59,319 bases of DNA, from sequence record SRR9188676_2407. The stretch is one strand, 5' to 3'. The position numbers and the translations under genes are program-made. Positions 57,593 through 59,319 of this stretch are shown one piece after another. Every line of letters starts with the position of its first letter. Within the stretch, counting starts at the first letter, position 1. The notes under the pieces are model-generated. The model did not search any database. It saw nothing but the letters and a program-made list of their open reading frames with translations, and was not told the origin of the DNA.

Positions 57593-58486
57593 ATGTTTAG
57601 TAATTATCCCATTTGGTTAAAGTCACTTATTAAAGTCTTTGGATTTGTGTTGTTCTTCATCTTTTTTGTTGGACTTGGAAGAAGTTTCACAGTATTTCTG
57701 TTGACTTTCGTATATCAAATCGACTTCGACAAGCTTTATGAAATAATTACTCTACCTCAGCACTACGACAAATTACTGGTGTATGAAATAGGGGGACTAT
57801 TCTTTGAAATATTAGCCGTTTGGCTTTATCCAAAGATGCTTGGAAAAAGTATTTCACTCAAAAGTTTGGGGCTAGATTGGAAAAACAAAAGTAAGGATTT
57901 TGCCTTTGGATGTATTATTGGCATCTTTTTAATAAGCACTGGATTTATCATATTGAAAATTATGGGATACGTTCAAGTCATAAAACTTGAATTTAATCCC
58001 ATAATTTTCGTTTCGTATATCTTCTTTTTTTTAGCAGTTGCCATTTCAGAAGAACTTATGGCACGTGGATATGTGCTGAGTACTTTAATGGAAGGCATGA
58101 ATAAATACGCAGCCCTGAGTACTTCTGCGTTTATTTTTGCAGGTTTACATTTGATGAACAATCACATTGGCTTCATTCCTCTTGTCAATCTTACTTTAGC
58201 TGGTTATTTATTGGGAATTTATTTTATTTTCCGAAAAAATTTAATGTTTCCGATTGGACTACATTTTACTTGGAATTTCTTTCAAGGAGCAGTTTTTGGC
58301 TTTGAAGTATCAGGACATGACGTTCAGGGCATTATTACACAAAATGTAATTGGAAATATTTTATGGACTGGCGGCGCTTTTGGTCTTGAAGGCTCAATCG
58401 TTTCTTTACCCATTGTGATACTTGGTATTGCATTTATTTACTTTTTTTATCGCAATTCAAACATTTCTTCAGCAGAATCTAATTGA
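57593..58486 (+). CDS. CPBP (CAAX protease/Abi) intramembrane metalloprotease
   Basis: EELMARG, FAGLH, GLHFTWN, GAFGLEGS motifs. Confidence 0.92.
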   Translation: MFSNYPIWLKSLIKVFGFVLFFIFFVGLGRSFTVFLLTFVYQIDFDKLYEIITLPQHYDKLLVYEIGGLFFEILAVWLYPKMLGKSISLKSLGLDWKNKSKDFAFGCIIGIFLISTGFIILKIMGYVQVIKLEFNPIIFVSYIFFFLAVAISEELMARGYVLSTLMEGMNKYAALSTSAFIFAGLHLMNNHIGFIPLVNLTLAGYLLGIYFIFRKNLMFPIGLHFTWNFFQGAVFGFEVSGHDVQGIITQNVIGNILWTGGAFGLEGSIVSLPIVILGIAFIYFFYRNSNISSAESN

Positions 58487-58514
58487 TTTTTTGCCTGTAA
58501 AGAAGACAAATTTC

Positions 58515-59216
58515 ATGAATATATTTTACGAACCCAATATCAAGCAAACTTTACTGTTGAATGAAGAAGAATCTCGCCATGCCATAAAAGTACTTCGTTT
58601 GTCGGTCGGAAGTAAATTGTATGTTGTAGATGGTAAAGGTGGTTTTTATACTTGTGAAATTAAGGTTGCTCACGAAAAAAAGTGTGAAGTAAAAATTGTA
58701 GAAGAACAACAAAATTATGAACGTCACGATTTTTATATTCATTTAATCATTGCTCCAACCAAAAACATGGATAGAATTGAATGGATGGTTGAAAAATGTG
58801 TAGAAATGGGCATTCATGAAATTTCTTTTATTCAAACTCGTTATTCAGAACGCAAGGAAATAAAAACGGCTAGAATTGAAAAAATTGCGATAGGAGCAAT
58901 GAAGCAATCTTTAAAAGCATTTTTGCCAAAAATCAATGAAATGATTACTTGGAAAGCTTTTTTACAGAAAGAAATAGCTGAATCGCAGAAAATGATTGCT
59001 CATTTGGAAGAAGGAGATAGAAAGTTAATCCAAGATTTAGCTACTCCAAAAGGAAATTACGCTGTGTTAATTGGACCAGAAGGAGATTTTAATCCAGATG
59101 AAATTGAACAAGCTTTGAAAAAAGGTTTTCTCCCTGTTACTTTAGGAAAAAGTAGATTAAGAACAGAAACCGCTGGTTTGGCAGCTTGTTTTACTTTGAA
59201 TTTGATTAATCAATAA
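58515..59216 (+). CDS. rsmE: 16S rRNA m3U1498 methyltransferase RsmE
   Basis: H..KVLRL, EKCVEMG, AMKQS, IGPEGDF, LG.SRLRTETA. Start set at ATG 58515. Confidence 0.95.
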   Translation: MNIFYEPNIKQTLLLNEEESRHAIKVLRLSVGSKLYVVDGKGGFYTCEIKVAHEKKCEVKIVEEQQNYERHDFYIHLIIAPTKNMDRIEWMVEKCVEMGIHEISFIQTRYSERKEIKTARIEKIAIGAMKQSLKAFLPKINEMITWKAFLQKEIAESQKMIAHLEEGDRKLIQDLATPKGNYAVLIGPEGDFNPDEIEQALKKGFLPVTLGKSRLRTETAGLAACFTLNLINQ

Positions 59217-59290
59217 TAAAGTATTTAATCATACGTAGATTTAAATAATAGTTTTTGTTGTAAAGAGTTGATAAATAGATATTTGAAGAG

Positions 59291-59319
59291 CTAATCACCA
59301 ATCACTATTTTCTAATCAC
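59291..59319. repeat. AATCAC heptamer-like tandem repeat (runs to the window end)
   Basis: ctaatcac caatcac tatttt ctaatcac; reverse complement of the GTGATT units at 8450-8490. Confidence 0.5.

Noticed and set aside
57593-58486. 'Abi' protein as an abortive-infection gene
   Set aside because: It is a CPBP/CAAX protease; the Abi name is historical and the context is housekeeping.
237-58742. Many short ORFs (60-145 aa) antisense to or overlapping long genes in the ORF track
   Set aside because: They are shadow frames of well-supported genes, with no motifs or independent expression signals.

Overview
A 59.3 kb AT-rich bacterial chromosome segment from a Bacteroidota organism, most likely Cytophagales (Spirosomataceae/Emticicia-like). 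This is inferred from TAnnTTTG -7 promoters, A-rich starts without Shine-Dalgarno sites, and gene content. Most genes are housekeeping or metabolic: dnaK, two USPs, two GH29 fucosidases with a BNR sialidase, umuDC, surE, GH3, an OmpR-family two-component pair, trpS, porin-amtB, two divergent aconitases, topA, cobB, folD, prs, rplY, trhO, mtaB, divergent GSII/GSIII and rsmE. I saw no rRNA, tRNA, CRISPR array or intact IS. The most interesting signals lie outside the ORF track. (1) Two tandem paralogous hairpin-plus-terminator units follow amtB; the second has its own promoter, suggesting a small-RNA pair. (2) Right after them is a decayed prophage/integrative-element scar with an integrase 5' remnant and a phage-gene 3' remnant, which keeps an intact 2TM-protein + HEPN (RxxxxH) operon, a candidate undescribed defence system. 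(3) The USP operon and the gene after the two-component system share an identical promoter architecture (4 repeats at 11-bp spacing), suggesting a regulon. (4) dnaK has a sigma54-type promoter with three upstream boxes. (5) An Rpn-family gene has a candidate intragenic antitoxin start. All calls come from reading the sequence by eye; no database searches were run.
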